From: Patescibacteria group bacterium
GTDB lineage: Bacteria > Patescibacteriota > Microgenomatia > Levybacterales > UBA12049
Length of the DNA: 57,015 nt
Reading direction: 5' to 3'
NCBI GenBank assembly: GCA_023485865.1
Contig: JAMCZC010000037.1
Coordinates: forward strand, 1 to 57,015
The notes below the pieces were generated by a model that did not search any database, had not been told where the DNA came from, and saw only the letters and a list, made by a program, of their open reading frames with translations. The position numbers and the translations under genes were made by a program. Shown here piece after piece: positions 42,028 to 52,148 of the stretch. The stretch's first letter is position 1, and every line of letters starts with the position of its first letter.

Positions 42028-42618
42028 ATGAAATATATGAATAACCAAATTGATGGAGCTGTTAGAATTTTAAACGAGGGAGGCATTGTTATCTTTCCGA
42101 CAGATACGGCTTTTGGTATTGGCTGCAGAATGGATAATAAAGAATCTGTTAAAAGACTTTTTTCGATTCGTAAAAGACCGGAAAATCAAGCAACGCCGGT
42201 ACTTTTCAATAATCTTGAGATGATGAAAGAATATCTTTTAGATATTTCCAAAGAGGTTAAAGAAAAATTAATGGATAAATATTGGCCCGGAGCGTTAACT
42301 ATAATTTTTCCCTGTAAAACAGATAAAGTTTTTAATCTTATCCGCGGAAATTCAAATAATATGGGAGTAAGAATTCCTGATAACGATAAGTTAATTTCAA
42401 TAATTGAAAAATTAGGAGTGGGAATTTTGGGCCCTTCGGCAAACTTTCATGGCAAACCTACACCATACTATTTTGAAGATTTAGATCCGAAACTTGTAAG
42501 GCTAGTTGATTATGTTGTGGAAGGTGAATGCAGGTTAAAAGACGTATCAACGGTTATTGATGTTTCGGTAAAACCGTGGCAAATTAGAAGAGAGGGAGCA
42601 GTTAAATTAAATTTATAA
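42028..42618 (+). CDS. tsaC: L-threonylcarbamoyladenylate synthase (TsaC/YrdC family)
   Basis: 196 aa with IFPTDTAFGIGC, YWPGALT and GPSANFHG. The start may instead be the ATG at 42037. Confidence 0.85.
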   Translation: MKYMNNQIDGAVRILNEGGIVIFPTDTAFGIGCRMDNKESVKRLFSIRKRPENQATPVLFNNLEMMKEYLLDISKEVKEKLMDKYWPGALTIIFPCKTDKVFNLIRGNSNNMGVRIPDNDKLISIIEKLGVGILGPSANFHGKPTPYYFEDLDPKLVRLVDYVVEGECRLKDVSTVIDVSVKPWQIRREGAVKLNL

Positions 42619-42619
42619 A

Positions 42620-42940
42620 ATGGGAAAAACTTTATTAATAGATACATCAGATAACAAAAAAATAAAAGTAGGTTTAAAAATAGACAAAAAAGTGTTTTAT
42701 CTTAATTCAAATCCTACGGCTTTAAAATCTCAGGTAGTTCTTGTTTTGATAGATAAAATATTGAAAAAGAACGGATTGCAAGTAAAAGATTTGACTGAAA
42801 TTGAGGTAAATTTAGGCCCCGGTTCATTTACGGGAGCAAGAGTAGGGGTTTCGGTTGCAAATGCCCTGGGGTTTTCGTTAAAAATACCCGTTAACGGTAA
42901 AAAAGTTGGCGATTTGACAGAACCAGTATATAATAAATGA
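42620..42940 (+). CDS. tsaB: short TsaB-like protein (N-terminal half only)
   Basis: 106 aa with LLIDTS...IEVNLGPGSFTGARVGVSVANALG. Typical TsaB is about twice as long. Confidence 0.65.
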   Translation: MGKTLLIDTSDNKKIKVGLKIDKKVFYLNSNPTALKSQVVLVLIDKILKKNGLQVKDLTEIEVNLGPGSFTGARVGVSVANALGFSLKIPVNGKKVGDLTEPVYNK

Positions 42941-43893
42941 ATATGAAGGATTTTCTGCACCAGCTTTTCTTGCCCCACATCTCTAACAATTACCGCGCGA
43001 AGCTTCTTCATCACAAGAGTATATTACTGGCTATAGCAATTCTTTTCTTTGCGGGGTTTTCCCTATCTGCTGTAAGAACTACCTTTCCTTCAGTTTTGGG
43101 GACTTTTAGCGACATCTCATCTGAACAATTGCTTTTGCTTACAAACCAAAAAAGGCAGGAAAACGGACTATCTCCGTTATCATTAAACCAACAGTTGTCT
43201 AATGCGGCCGCCGGAAAAGCAAATGATATGTTTTCCCAAAATTACTGGGCCCATAATTCTCCGGATGGTAAAACACCCTGGGTTTTTATAAAAGGTGCTG
43301 GTTATAATTATATTTATGCGGGTGAAAATTTGGCCAGGGGTTTTACTAATGCGCAAGACGTAATAAATGCCTGGATGGCAAGCCCGGAGCATAGAAAAAA
43401 TATGCTTTCGGGCAACTATCAAAACGTTGGCTATGCTGTTGAGACAGGCAAGTTAAACGGAGAAGATACGGTTTTGGTTGTCGAAATGCTTGGCAGTACG
43501 GCGTTAGCTGCGGCTCCTGCTCCTGCTAACCAATTGGCAAGTAAAACCCAACAAGAAATAATAACTACTACGTCCACGCCCGCTCCTACAGCCGCTCCAT
43601 CAACTAAGCCCCAGGAAACCGCAGCCCCAACCTCCCTAATTGTTAAAACAGAGCAAACGGTTTTGGAAGCGAACAAGACTTCTAACATTAAGCCTCTTAT
43701 TAATAGCGCAAAATTGTCAACGGATGCCTCCAAGGGTGTTGCCGTATTATTTATTTTAGCGTTAGTTTTGGACATGGTTGTCATAGAGAGAAAAAAAGTG
43801 GTTCGCTTGGTTGGCCATAACATGGATCACGTACTATTCTTAACCTTGATACTTATCCTTATTACGCTTATTGTTAGAGGAGCTATTGTATAA
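42937..43893 (+). CDS. CAP (SCP/PR-1-like, YkwD-type) domain protein with a C-terminal membrane anchor
   Basis: 318 aa with SQNYWAHNSPDG...AGENLARGF...AWMASPEHRKNML..YQNVGYAV. Confidence 0.8.
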   Translation: MNMKDFLHQLFLPHISNNYRAKLLHHKSILLAIAILFFAGFSLSAVRTTFPSVLGTFSDISSEQLLLLTNQKRQENGLSPLSLNQQLSNAAAGKANDMFSQNYWAHNSPDGKTPWVFIKGAGYNYIYAGENLARGFTNAQDVINAWMASPEHRKNMLSGNYQNVGYAVETGKLNGEDTVLVVEMLGSTALAAAPAPANQLASKTQQEIITTTSTPAPTAAPSTKPQETAAPTSLIVKTEQTVLEANKTSNIKPLINSAKLSTDASKGVAVLFILALVLDMVVIERKKVVRLVGHNMDHVLFLTLILILITLIVRGAIV

Positions 43894-44165
43894 TGTCTAA
43901 AAAAATCAACGAGCATATACTCTATTACATTTCACTAATTGCAATATTTGCTTTGGGAATATTCCTCATGTTCTCGGCAACCCCCAATAAACAGCTTCAG
44001 ATGTTAATTTTTGTGATTATGGCATTTTTCTATGTAATCTGGGGAGTCTTGCATCATTTAATAAATCATGAATTATCATCTAAAATTGTGGTAGAATATA
44101 TCCTTATTAGCACACTTGGAATAGCCGTAATGTTTTTTCTTTTAAAAGGAGGATTTGGAATATGA
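43893..44165 (+). CDS. small integral membrane protein
   Basis: 90 aa with three hydrophobic helices, coupled to its neighbours by start/stop overlaps. Confidence 0.5.
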   Translation: MSKKINEHILYYISLIAIFALGIFLMFSATPNKQLQMLIFVIMAFFYVIWGVLHHLINHELSSKIVVEYILISTLGIAVMFFLLKGGFGI

Positions 44166-44893
44166 AAGGTGTAATTTTAGCCGGAGGTTTAGGGACAAGA
44201 CTCTATCCTCTTACTCATGTAACGAACAAACATTTACTACCTGTTTACGACAGGCCAATGATTTTTTATCCAATTCAAACGTTGGTCAAGGCGGGAATAA
44301 CAGAAGTTCTTTTAGTTACCAGTGGTCCTCACGTGGGACATTTTCTTGGAGTTTTGAAAAACGGAAAAGAATTAGGTCTAACGCATCTGGAATATGCGTA
44401 TCAGGAAAAGCCGGATGGTGGAATTGCTGATGCCTTATCTTTAGCTCAAGATTTTGCTGATGGAGAAAATATCACTGTTATTTTAGGAGATAATACAACT
44501 GACGCAGATATCTCAAATGAAGTTAGTAATTTTGATAAGGGAGCCTTGGTTTTTTTAAAAAAAGTTGAGGACCCAAAACGTTTTGGGGTTGCTGTTTTTG
44601 ATAAAGAAGACCCAACGAAAGTTATTGCAATCGAAGAGAAACCGAAACAACCAAAAAGCGATATGGCTGTTACCGGTCTTTATATCTACGATTCATCGGT
44701 TTTTAAATATATTAACGAAACAAAACCTTCTAACAGGGGCGAATTAGAAATAACAGACGTAAATAACGCTTATGTTGAAAAAGGAAAGTTAAGATGGGCG
44801 GAGCTTAATGGATTTTGGAGCGACGCGGGAACTTTTCAAAGCCTTTTTGAATCTAACAGTTACTGGTTTAATAAATTAAAAAGTGAGAAATAA
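44162..44893 (+). CDS. rfbA: glucose-1-phosphate thymidylyltransferase-like sugar nucleotidyltransferase
   Basis: 243 aa with MKGVILAGGLGTRLYPLT and EKPDGGIADA. Confidence 0.8.
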   Translation: MKGVILAGGLGTRLYPLTHVTNKHLLPVYDRPMIFYPIQTLVKAGITEVLLVTSGPHVGHFLGVLKNGKELGLTHLEYAYQEKPDGGIADALSLAQDFADGENITVILGDNTTDADISNEVSNFDKGALVFLKKVEDPKRFGVAVFDKEDPTKVIAIEEKPKQPKSDMAVTGLYIYDSSVFKYINETKPSNRGELEITDVNNAYVEKGKLRWAELNGFWSDAGTFQSLFESNSYWFNKLKSEK

Positions 44894-44896
44894 ATT

Positions 44897-45910
44897 ATGA
44901 AATTGTTGGTAACAGGCGGAGCAGGATTTATTGGCTCAAACTTTGTTCACTACTGGTTTAAAAATCATCCGAAAGATTTAATTGTTAATTTGGATAAGCT
45001 GACTTACGCCGGAAATTTAGAGAATTTAAAAAGCATAGAAGAGAATCCTAATTATAGTTTTATCCACGGAGATATTTGTGATTCTCAAATTGTAGATAGG
45101 GCGATGCAAGGGATTGATATCGTTGTACACTTTGCAGCGGAAAGTCATGTAGATAGAAGTATTATTGACCCTTCGGAATTTGTTAAAACTAACGTGCTAG
45201 GAACCCAAATTTTGCTCGACGCCGCACTAAAACATAAAGTGAAAAGATTTCATCATATATCAACAGACGAGGTATACGGAAGCCTAAAACTCGAAGATAC
45301 GAGTAAATTTAATGAACGAACAAATTATGACCCCAGAAGTCCATATTCGGCGAGTAAAGCCGGCTCGGATTATCTAGTTAAAGCTTACTATTATACATAT
45401 GGCTTACCCGTTACAATTTCAAACTGCTCCAATAACTTTGGCCCTTATCAATTTCCAGAAAAACTGATATCACTTGCTATCACAAATCTTTTAGAGAATA
45501 AAAAGGTCCCTGTTTACGGAGATGGTCTTTATGTTAGGGACTGGCTTTATGTAGAAGACCATTGCCGGGCAATAGATTTAATTTTGCAAAAAGGCAAAAT
45601 TGGGCAAACATATTGCATCGGAGGATTAACAGAGGATTTAAACAATATTTCAATTCTCAAAAAAATAATAAAATTACTCGGAAAGTCCGAGGAGTCTTTA
45701 GAGTACGTAAAAGACAGACCCGGGCACGATAGAAGGTATGCATTAGACTGGTCAAAAATAAAAAACGAATTAGGCTGGCAACCTTTACATAATTTTGACG
45801 AATGGTTGGAGAAAACGGTTGGGTGGTACAAAGAAAACAGACAATGGTGGAAAAATGTCAGAAACGGTGAGTATCAGACGTATTACGAAAAACAGTATGG
45901 CACACGATGA
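44897..45910 (+). CDS. rfbB: dTDP-glucose 4,6-dehydratase
   Basis: 337 aa with TGGAGFIGSN, the catalytic YSASKAGSD, and PGHDRRYALD. Confidence 0.92.
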   Translation: MKLLVTGGAGFIGSNFVHYWFKNHPKDLIVNLDKLTYAGNLENLKSIEENPNYSFIHGDICDSQIVDRAMQGIDIVVHFAAESHVDRSIIDPSEFVKTNVLGTQILLDAALKHKVKRFHHISTDEVYGSLKLEDTSKFNERTNYDPRSPYSASKAGSDYLVKAYYYTYGLPVTISNCSNNFGPYQFPEKLISLAITNLLENKKVPVYGDGLYVRDWLYVEDHCRAIDLILQKGKIGQTYCIGGLTEDLNNISILKKIIKLLGKSEESLEYVKDRPGHDRRYALDWSKIKNELGWQPLHNFDEWLEKTVGWYKENRQWWKNVRNGEYQTYYEKQYGTR

Positions 45911-46827
45911 AGATTTTAGTAACAGGATTAACGGGATTAGTTGGGTCAAGATTCACGGAGCTCTTAAGCGATTCTTATGAGTTTGAAGGCGTAAGTAGAA
46001 AGACCGGAGTAGATATAACAGATAAAGCTTCGGTTTTTCAGAAATTAACCTCTTCAGACGCGCAAATAGTTCTTCACTTAGCTGCAAAAACAGATGTTGA
46101 CGGATGCGAGAAAGATAAGGAAAGCGACAATAAATTCCTAAGCCAAAAAGATTTTGAAAATCAAGAGTGGATAAGGCAAAAAACAGCGTGGGTGATGAAT
46201 GTTTTTGGGACACAAAATATAGTTGAAGCGTGCAAAAAAAACAACAAGAAACTCATCTACGTATCCACAGACTTTGTTTTTGACGGAAATAAATCTCTAG
46301 ACGAAGGTTATACCGAAGACGATGTTCAAAATCCCCTAAATTGGTACGGTGAGTCTAAATACGAAGGTGAGAAAATTGTTATGGATTCGGGATTAGATTG
46401 GATTATTGCTCGCTTAGCATATCCCTACAGAGCCAATTTTGATAATAAGAATGATTTTTTCAGAATAATTTTACAGAAACTCAAGGAAGGACAAAAATTA
46501 AATATGGTAACAGATCACGTTATGACCCCGACTTTTGTAGACGATTTTGTTTATGCAATAGACTCTCTTATAAAAACCAAATCAAGCGGAATTTTCCATA
46601 CGGTTGGGAATCAGTTTATTTCTCCTTTTGAGGCGGCAATTTTGATTGCAAGGAAGTTTACCCTTGATGATGATTTAATCATACAAACCTCAAGGGCACA
46701 ATATTTTAAAGATAAAGCTCAAAGACCCTTTTTTCTCGGCCTCAAAAATGATAAAATTGAAAAAATGGGTATAAAAATGAAAACGTTTGAAGACGGATTG
46801 GAAGAGATAAAAAATCAACTCATATGA
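45907..46827 (+). CDS. rfbD: dTDP-4-dehydrorhamnose reductase family (RmlD substrate-binding domain) protein
   Basis: 306 aa with VTGLTGLVGS, STDFVFDG and YGESKYEGE. Confidence 0.7.
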   Translation: MKILVTGLTGLVGSRFTELLSDSYEFEGVSRKTGVDITDKASVFQKLTSSDAQIVLHLAAKTDVDGCEKDKESDNKFLSQKDFENQEWIRQKTAWVMNVFGTQNIVEACKKNNKKLIYVSTDFVFDGNKSLDEGYTEDDVQNPLNWYGESKYEGEKIVMDSGLDWIIARLAYPYRANFDNKNDFFRIILQKLKEGQKLNMVTDHVMTPTFVDDFVYAIDSLIKTKSSGIFHTVGNQFISPFEAAILIARKFTLDDDLIIQTSRAQYFKDKAQRPFFLGLKNDKIEKMGIKMKTFEDGLEEIKNQLI

Positions 46828-48113
46828 CAATAACTTTTATAGGACATGGTTATGTAGGATTAGTTACCGCTGCAGTTTTTGCAGATTTGGGAAACACGGT
46901 ATATGTAATTGGCCATACTAAAGAGAAAATTGAAAGCTTAAAACGCGGAATAGTTCCAATATATGAACCGGGATTAGAAGAATTGGTCAAAAAAAATGTT
47001 AAAGCAAAAAGATTGATCTTTACGCTCGATTATAGCCCTTCAATTTCCAAGTCAGATATAGTTTTTATTGCAGTTGGAACCCCTACCGCAAAAACCGGCG
47101 ACGCCGACCTTTCCACAGTTTTAGAGGTTGCTGAAAAAATAGGACAAAACCTTAAAGGTTATACCGTGGTTGCGACGAAAAGTACGGTTCCTGCGGGTAC
47201 AAATAAGAGGATAAAAAGAATCCTAGAGGAATCGAAACCCCAAGGTGCGGAAGTCGATTATGCTTCTGTTCCTGAATTTTTGCGGGAAGGAAGCGCTATT
47301 TCCGACACCACTAAACCCGACAGAATTGTTATTGGTACGGAAAGCAAACGGGCAAAAGATTTATTAATTAAGCTCCATAAACCAATTAACGCACCGCTCG
47401 TTTTAACAAATTTCGAAACGGCGGAGCTCATAAAATATGCGGCCAATGCATTTTTGGCGCTTAAGATTTCTTATGCTAATGCAATTGCAAAGCTTTCAGA
47501 ACTGCTCGGAGCAGATGCTTTAAGGGTACTTGAAGGAATAGGTATGGACAAAAGAATCGGCAACATGTTTCTTTCTCCAGGCCCCGGTTACGGCGGAAGT
47601 TGTTTTCCAAAAGATGTAAGGGCGCTTATTTCAATAGCTAAAGACAATGACTATCCATTTTCACTCCTAGAGGAAGTAGAAAATATTAATCATCAGTCAA
47701 GGAGAGATATCGTAAGAAAGGCCAGAAAAACTCTTGGGGATATGCGGAATAAAAAAATTGGGATATTGGGACTAGCTTTTAAAGCAAATACCGACGATAT
47801 GAGAGATGCTCCGGCAATAGACATTATCAATTTGCTCCAAAATGACGGGGCAAAGATTTCTGCTTTTGATCCAAAAGCTATGGATACGGCAGCTGCGGTA
47901 CTAAAAGACATAGACTACAAAAAAGAAGCTTATGAAGTTGCCGAGGGAGCAGATTTGATTATTGTGTTGACGGAATGGAATGAGTTTAGGGAACTTGATT
48001 TTTCTATCATTAAAAATAAAATGAAAAGTCCGAATATTATTGACGGAAGAAATTTATATGACTCCAAAGAAATGACAAAGCTTGGATTTACCTATCAAGG
48101 CGTTGGCAGATAA
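46824..48113 (+). CDS. ugd: UDP-glucose 6-dehydrogenase
   Basis: 429 aa with IGHGYVGL, the catalytic GGSCFPKD, and LGLAFKANTDDMRDAP. Confidence 0.9.
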   Translation: MTITFIGHGYVGLVTAAVFADLGNTVYVIGHTKEKIESLKRGIVPIYEPGLEELVKKNVKAKRLIFTLDYSPSISKSDIVFIAVGTPTAKTGDADLSTVLEVAEKIGQNLKGYTVVATKSTVPAGTNKRIKRILEESKPQGAEVDYASVPEFLREGSAISDTTKPDRIVIGTESKRAKDLLIKLHKPINAPLVLTNFETAELIKYAANAFLALKISYANAIAKLSELLGADALRVLEGIGMDKRIGNMFLSPGPGYGGSCFPKDVRALISIAKDNDYPFSLLEEVENINHQSRRDIVRKARKTLGDMRNKKIGILGLAFKANTDDMRDAPAIDIINLLQNDGAKISAFDPKAMDTAAAVLKDIDYKKEAYEVAEGADLIIVLTEWNEFRELDFSIIKNKMKSPNIIDGRNLYDSKEMTKLGFTYQGVGR

Positions 48114-48116
48114 TTT

Positions 48117-49082
48117 ATGGCTGCAAAAATACTTATTACAGGCATAACGGGTTTCGCGGGGAGTCATCTGGCAGAATATCTAGTTGGGGAAAATGCCGAT
48201 AGTGAATTCTATGGAACCTATTTATCTGATGATAGTTTAAGAAATATAGAAGCTGTTGAAAATCAGGTTAGTCTTACAAAGCTTGATCTTTCAAATGAAA
48301 AAGAAGTATTTGAGTTAATAGATAGAGTAAAACCGGACATTATTTTTCATCTTGCGGCTATGTCTTCTTCCGCAGACAGTTTTTCTTCTCCTGCAAAGCC
48401 GATGCTGAACAACATTCATTCAGAAATTAATATCCTGGAAGGAGTGAGGAGATCACGCCTAATTGATTCAAAAATTTTAATTATTTCTTCGGCAGAGATT
48501 TACGGAGCTGTAGATAAGAATGACTTGCCAATAGATGAAAACGTAAGCCTTAGGCCTACAAATCCGTATGCGGTTTCCAAGCTGACACAGGATTTTTTAG
48601 GGTTGCAATATTTTTTGTCTTACAATTTTAAAATAATTAGAGTAAGACCCTTTAACCATATTGGCCCAAGACAATCAACAGGGTTTGTAGTTGCCGCTTT
48701 TGCTAAAAAAATTGCAGAGATAGAAAAAGGGAAAAAAAACGGTATTTTAACAGTAGGAAACCTAGAAGCAAAACGTGATTTTACCGACGTGAGGGATATG
48801 GTAAGGGCCTATGATTTAGCAATATCTAAAGGGGTATTCGGTGAAGTTTATAATCTTGGCTTCGGTATCTCTTACAAAATATCAGACATCTTAAATAGGA
48901 TGGTGTCTTTATCAAAAGCTAAAATTAAAGTAGAAGTTGACAGGTCTCTTTTTAGACCTATTGATAATCCTGATTTGGTATGTAACGCAACTAAATTTAA
49001 AAAACTGACCGGTTGGGAGCCAAAGATAGAAATAGAGCAAACGCTTAAAGACACTCTGGACTATTGGAGAAATATAATTTAG
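48117..49082 (+). CDS. rmd: GDP-4-keto-6-deoxy-D-mannose reductase (Rmd-like SDR)
   Basis: 321 aa with ITGITGFAGSHL, NPYAVSKL, RPFNHIGPRQ and RDFTDVRD. It lies next to gmd. Confidence 0.65.
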   Translation: MAAKILITGITGFAGSHLAEYLVGENADSEFYGTYLSDDSLRNIEAVENQVSLTKLDLSNEKEVFELIDRVKPDIIFHLAAMSSSADSFSSPAKPMLNNIHSEINILEGVRRSRLIDSKILIISSAEIYGAVDKNDLPIDENVSLRPTNPYAVSKLTQDFLGLQYFLSYNFKIIRVRPFNHIGPRQSTGFVVAAFAKKIAEIEKGKKNGILTVGNLEAKRDFTDVRDMVRAYDLAISKGVFGEVYNLGFGISYKISDILNRMVSLSKAKIKVEVDRSLFRPIDNPDLVCNATKFKKLTGWEPKIEIEQTLKDTLDYWRNII

Positions 49083-49091
49083 AATAATCTT

Positions 49092-50063
49092 ATGAAGACA
49101 GCGCTTATTACGGGTATTACAGGTCAAGACGGTCCATACTTGGCAGAGTTTTTGCTTTCTAAAGGATATAGAGTTTACGGTTTGGTTAGGAGATTAAGTA
49201 CTCCTAACATGGAAAACATAAAACATATTTACGATAAACTGGAGCTTGTTTCGGGAGATTTGCTTGACCAAGGCTCGTTAAGCGATGCAATAAAAAATTC
49301 CAAACCCGATGAGATTTATAATTTAGCCGCCCAGTCTTTTGTAAAAGCATCATGGGATCAGCCCGTTTTAACAGGAGAATTTACTGCTTTAGGCGTAACA
49401 AGAATGCTTGAAGCAATAAGAACTGTTAATCCTAAGATAAAATTTTATCAGGCATCTTCTTCGGAAATGTTTGGAAAAGTTACCGAAACTCCTCAAAAGG
49501 AAACAACCAGATTTCATCCCAGGAGTCCTTACGGAGTCGCAAAGGTTTATGGACACTATATAACTGTAAATTACAGGGAAAGTTATGGTATTTTTGCTTG
49601 TTCGGGGATACTTTTTAATCATGAGTCTCCAAGAAGGGGCATAGAATTTGTTACGCGTAAAATAACCAATGCAGTGGCGAGAATAAGTTTAGGAAAACAG
49701 GAAAGATTGGAGCTTGGCAGTCTTGAGCCAAAACGGGATTGGGGCTTTTCCGGAGATTATGTTGAAGCAATGTGGTTAATGCTTCAACAAGAAAAACCCG
49801 ATGATTACGTAATTGCTACCGGAGAAAATTACAGCGTAAAAGAATTTGTTGAAGAAGCGTTTAGAGTTGTAGGAATTAAAGATTGGGAAAAATATGTTAT
49901 TGCTAACAGCAAAAAACATACGCGTCCGGCAGAAGTTGACTATCTAATTGGAGACGCCAGTAAGGCCAGGAAAGTTTTGGGTTGGGAGCCTAAAACAAGC
50001 TTCAAAAATTTGGTCAAAATTATGGTTGAGGCTGACCTCAAAAGAGAAAAAAGCAACGAATAA
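49092..50063 (+). CDS. gmd: GDP-mannose 4,6-dehydratase
   Basis: 323 aa with [25 protein letters not shown] and FNHESPRRG. Confidence 0.92.
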   Translation: MKTALITGITGQDGPYLAEFLLSKGYRVYGLVRRLSTPNMENIKHIYDKLELVSGDLLDQGSLSDAIKNSKPDEIYNLAAQSFVKASWDQPVLTGEFTALGVTRMLEAIRTVNPKIKFYQASSSEMFGKVTETPQKETTRFHPRSPYGVAKVYGHYITVNYRESYGIFACSGILFNHESPRRGIEFVTRKITNAVARISLGKQERLELGSLEPKRDWGFSGDYVEAMWLMLQQEKPDDYVIATGENYSVKEFVEEAFRVVGIKDWEKYVIANSKKHTRPAEVDYLIGDASKARKVLGWEPKTSFKNLVKIMVEADLKREKSNE

Positions 50064-50064
50064 T

Positions 50065-51021
50065 ATGCAAACCGTTTTAGTGGCTGGAGGAGCGGGTTTT
50101 ATAGGATCTCACCTGTGTAAAAAACTACTTTCCGAAAAATATAAAGTTATTTGCGTCGATAATCTTATCACCGGAAATAAAAATAATTTAAATGATATCT
50201 TAAACAACGAAAATTTCACTTTTTTAGAAAAAGATATCACAAAAAATTTTCAAGAAGATTCAAAACTAGATTATATATTTCATTTAGCTAGTCCTGCCTC
50301 GCCAAATAAAAAAAGCCCAAGAAGCTATATAAACCATCCGCTTGAAACATTACTCGCCAACTCTTTGGGAACGTATAATTTGTTGGAGTTAGCCAAAGAA
50401 ACTTCGGCAAAATTTCTCTACGCTTCTTCCTCGGAGATTTACGGAGATCCAAAAATTTCTCCACAAAAAGAGGACTATTACGGAAACGTAAATCCAAATG
50501 GAGTAAGATCAGTTTACGATGAGGGGAAAAGATTCGGAGAGGCAATAACAGCAAGTTACGTTAGGAAAGGCAGCTTGGACGCGCGGATAATCAGAATTTT
50601 TAACACGTACGGTCCCTTTATGCAGGCTGACGACGGTAGAGTTGTTTCTAACTTTATTAATCAGGCAATTTTAAATAAACCGATAACCGTTTACGGCGAT
50701 GGAGCCCAAACCCGCAGTTTTTGCTATGTTGACGATATGGTTGAAGGATTAATGCTTGCTATGTTTTCCGACAAAACAAAAGGTGAAGTAATTAATCTTG
50801 GCAGTCCCAACGAGCGAAAAATTTCCGAACTTGCTACAATCATAAAAGCTATTACAAATTCCCGATCCGATATTGTTTTTGAGGATTTACCGGAAGACGA
50901 CCCGAAAGTCAGAAAACCGGATATTTCTAAAGCGGAAAAATTAATAGGCTGGCGTCCTAAAATAAATATTGAACAGGGGATAAGAAACACAGTAGAATAT
51001 TTTAAAGGTATTAGTATATGA
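50065..51021 (+). CDS. uxs: UDP-glucuronate decarboxylase (UDP-xylose synthase)
   Basis: I chose the ATG at 50065, 1 nt after the gmd stop; the ORF track extends to 49948. It has GGAGFIGSHL, YDEGKR and RIFNTYGP. Confidence 0.88.
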   Translation: MQTVLVAGGAGFIGSHLCKKLLSEKYKVICVDNLITGNKNNLNDILNNENFTFLEKDITKNFQEDSKLDYIFHLASPASPNKKSPRSYINHPLETLLANSLGTYNLLELAKETSAKFLYASSSEIYGDPKISPQKEDYYGNVNPNGVRSVYDEGKRFGEAITASYVRKGSLDARIIRIFNTYGPFMQADDGRVVSNFINQAILNKPITVYGDGAQTRSFCYVDDMVEGLMLAMFSDKTKGEVINLGSPNERKISELATIIKAITNSRSDIVFEDLPEDDPKVRKPDISKAEKLIGWRPKINIEQGIRNTVEYFKGISI

Positions 51022-52148
51022 AAGTAGTAATTATTATCCCAACCTATAACGAGAAAGGTAACGTTGAGCGTTTAATAACCATATTGGAAGAAGAAATATT
51101 TCCTACAATTAAAAACCACGACATGAATATTTTAGTTGCGGATGATAATTCTCCTGACGGTACTGCAGACGAAGTTAAAAAGCTAATGAATAAATGGAAA
51201 AACTTGGATATTAACGTAGGAGAAAAACACGGGCTTGGAGCAGCGTACGTTAGAGCGATGACCTACGCAATAGATAAAATGGGCGCTGAAGTAATGTTTG
51301 AGATGGATGCGGATTTATCGCATGACCCAAAAAAAGTCCCCATCTTTTTACAAAAAATAGACGAAGGCTACGATTTTGTAATTGGCACCCGTTACAGTCA
51401 GGGCGGTTCAATTCCGTCAAATTGGGGAATAAATCGCAAAATGTTTTCTATTTTTGGAAATTTATTGGTCCGTTTTATTTTGCTTAAATTTGCAATACAT
51501 GATTGGACGGGCGGATTCAGAGCTTTAAAAAAAGAGGTATTCTTAAAAGAAAAAAACGAACTTACCGCCTTTAGGGGTTATACTTTTCAAGTATCTTTTT
51601 TAAATAAGGTGGTTAGAGACGGTTTTAAAGTTGCGGAGGTGCCAATTCATTTTACAGACAGAACCTTGGGCAGGTCAAAAATCGCCCCCAAGGAATACAT
51701 CATAGATTTATTAAAATATATTATTACTGCAAGTATAAAAGAAAAATTGCTCGGTCCATTTGGAAAATTTTTAGTTGTCGGAGGGATTGGATTTATTTTA
51801 CAAGCGGTTATTTTAAGGGTTTTAGTTGAAGTATTTAACGTTAATCCGTCTGTTTCTAATTTATTAGGTGCTGTCGTTGCAATTTTTTCAAATTATAATC
51901 TCAATAACCTCTGGACCTTTAGAAGCGAAAAGTTTGTCGGTTTTGGTCAGTATTTATGGAAAATGCTAAATTTTTATGCAACTTCGGCAACCGGTGTTAT
52001 TTTTATTCAAACAGGCATTATATTTTTGGGAGATAATTTAATCGGAAGGAAATTTTACTTTCTCTACTTTATTGTGGGAACAGGAGTGCTTTTAATATAT
52101 AATTTTACAATGTACAGATTCGTTATTTGGCGAAAAAGACCCCATTAA
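51018..52148 (+). CDS. GT2 polyprenyl-phosphate sugar synthase (DPM1-like) fused to a GtrA-like membrane domain
   Basis: 376 aa with IIIPTYNE, DDNSPDGT and EMDADLSHDP. The C-terminus has four helices with a GtrA-like signature (NYNLNNLWTF). Confidence 0.85.
   Translation: MKVVIIIPTYNEKGNVERLITILEEEIFPTIKNHDMNILVADDNSPDGTADEVKKLMNKWKNLDINVGEKHGLGAAYVRAMTYAIDKMGAEVMFEMDADLSHDPKKVPIFLQKIDEGYDFVIGTRYSQGGSIPSNWGINRKMFSIFGNLLVRFILLKFAIHDWTGGFRALKKEVFLKEKNELTAFRGYTFQVSFLNKVVRDGFKVAEVPIHFTDRTLGRSKIAPKEYIIDLLKYIITASIKEKLLGPFGKFLVVGGIGFILQAVILRVLVEVFNVNPSVSNLLGAVVAIFSNYNLNNLWTFRSEKFVGFGQYLWKMLNFYATSATGVIFIQTGIIFLGDNLIGRKFYFLYFIVGTGVLLIYNFTMYRFVIWRKRPH

Noticed and set aside
44155-44430. A 91-aa ORF in an alternative frame of rfbA. 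Similar shadow ORFs occur at 6599-6793, 30959-31171, 45795-45980 and 38334-38603.
   Set aside because: Each overlaps, in the same orientation, a gene with strong family motifs. None has independent start signals.
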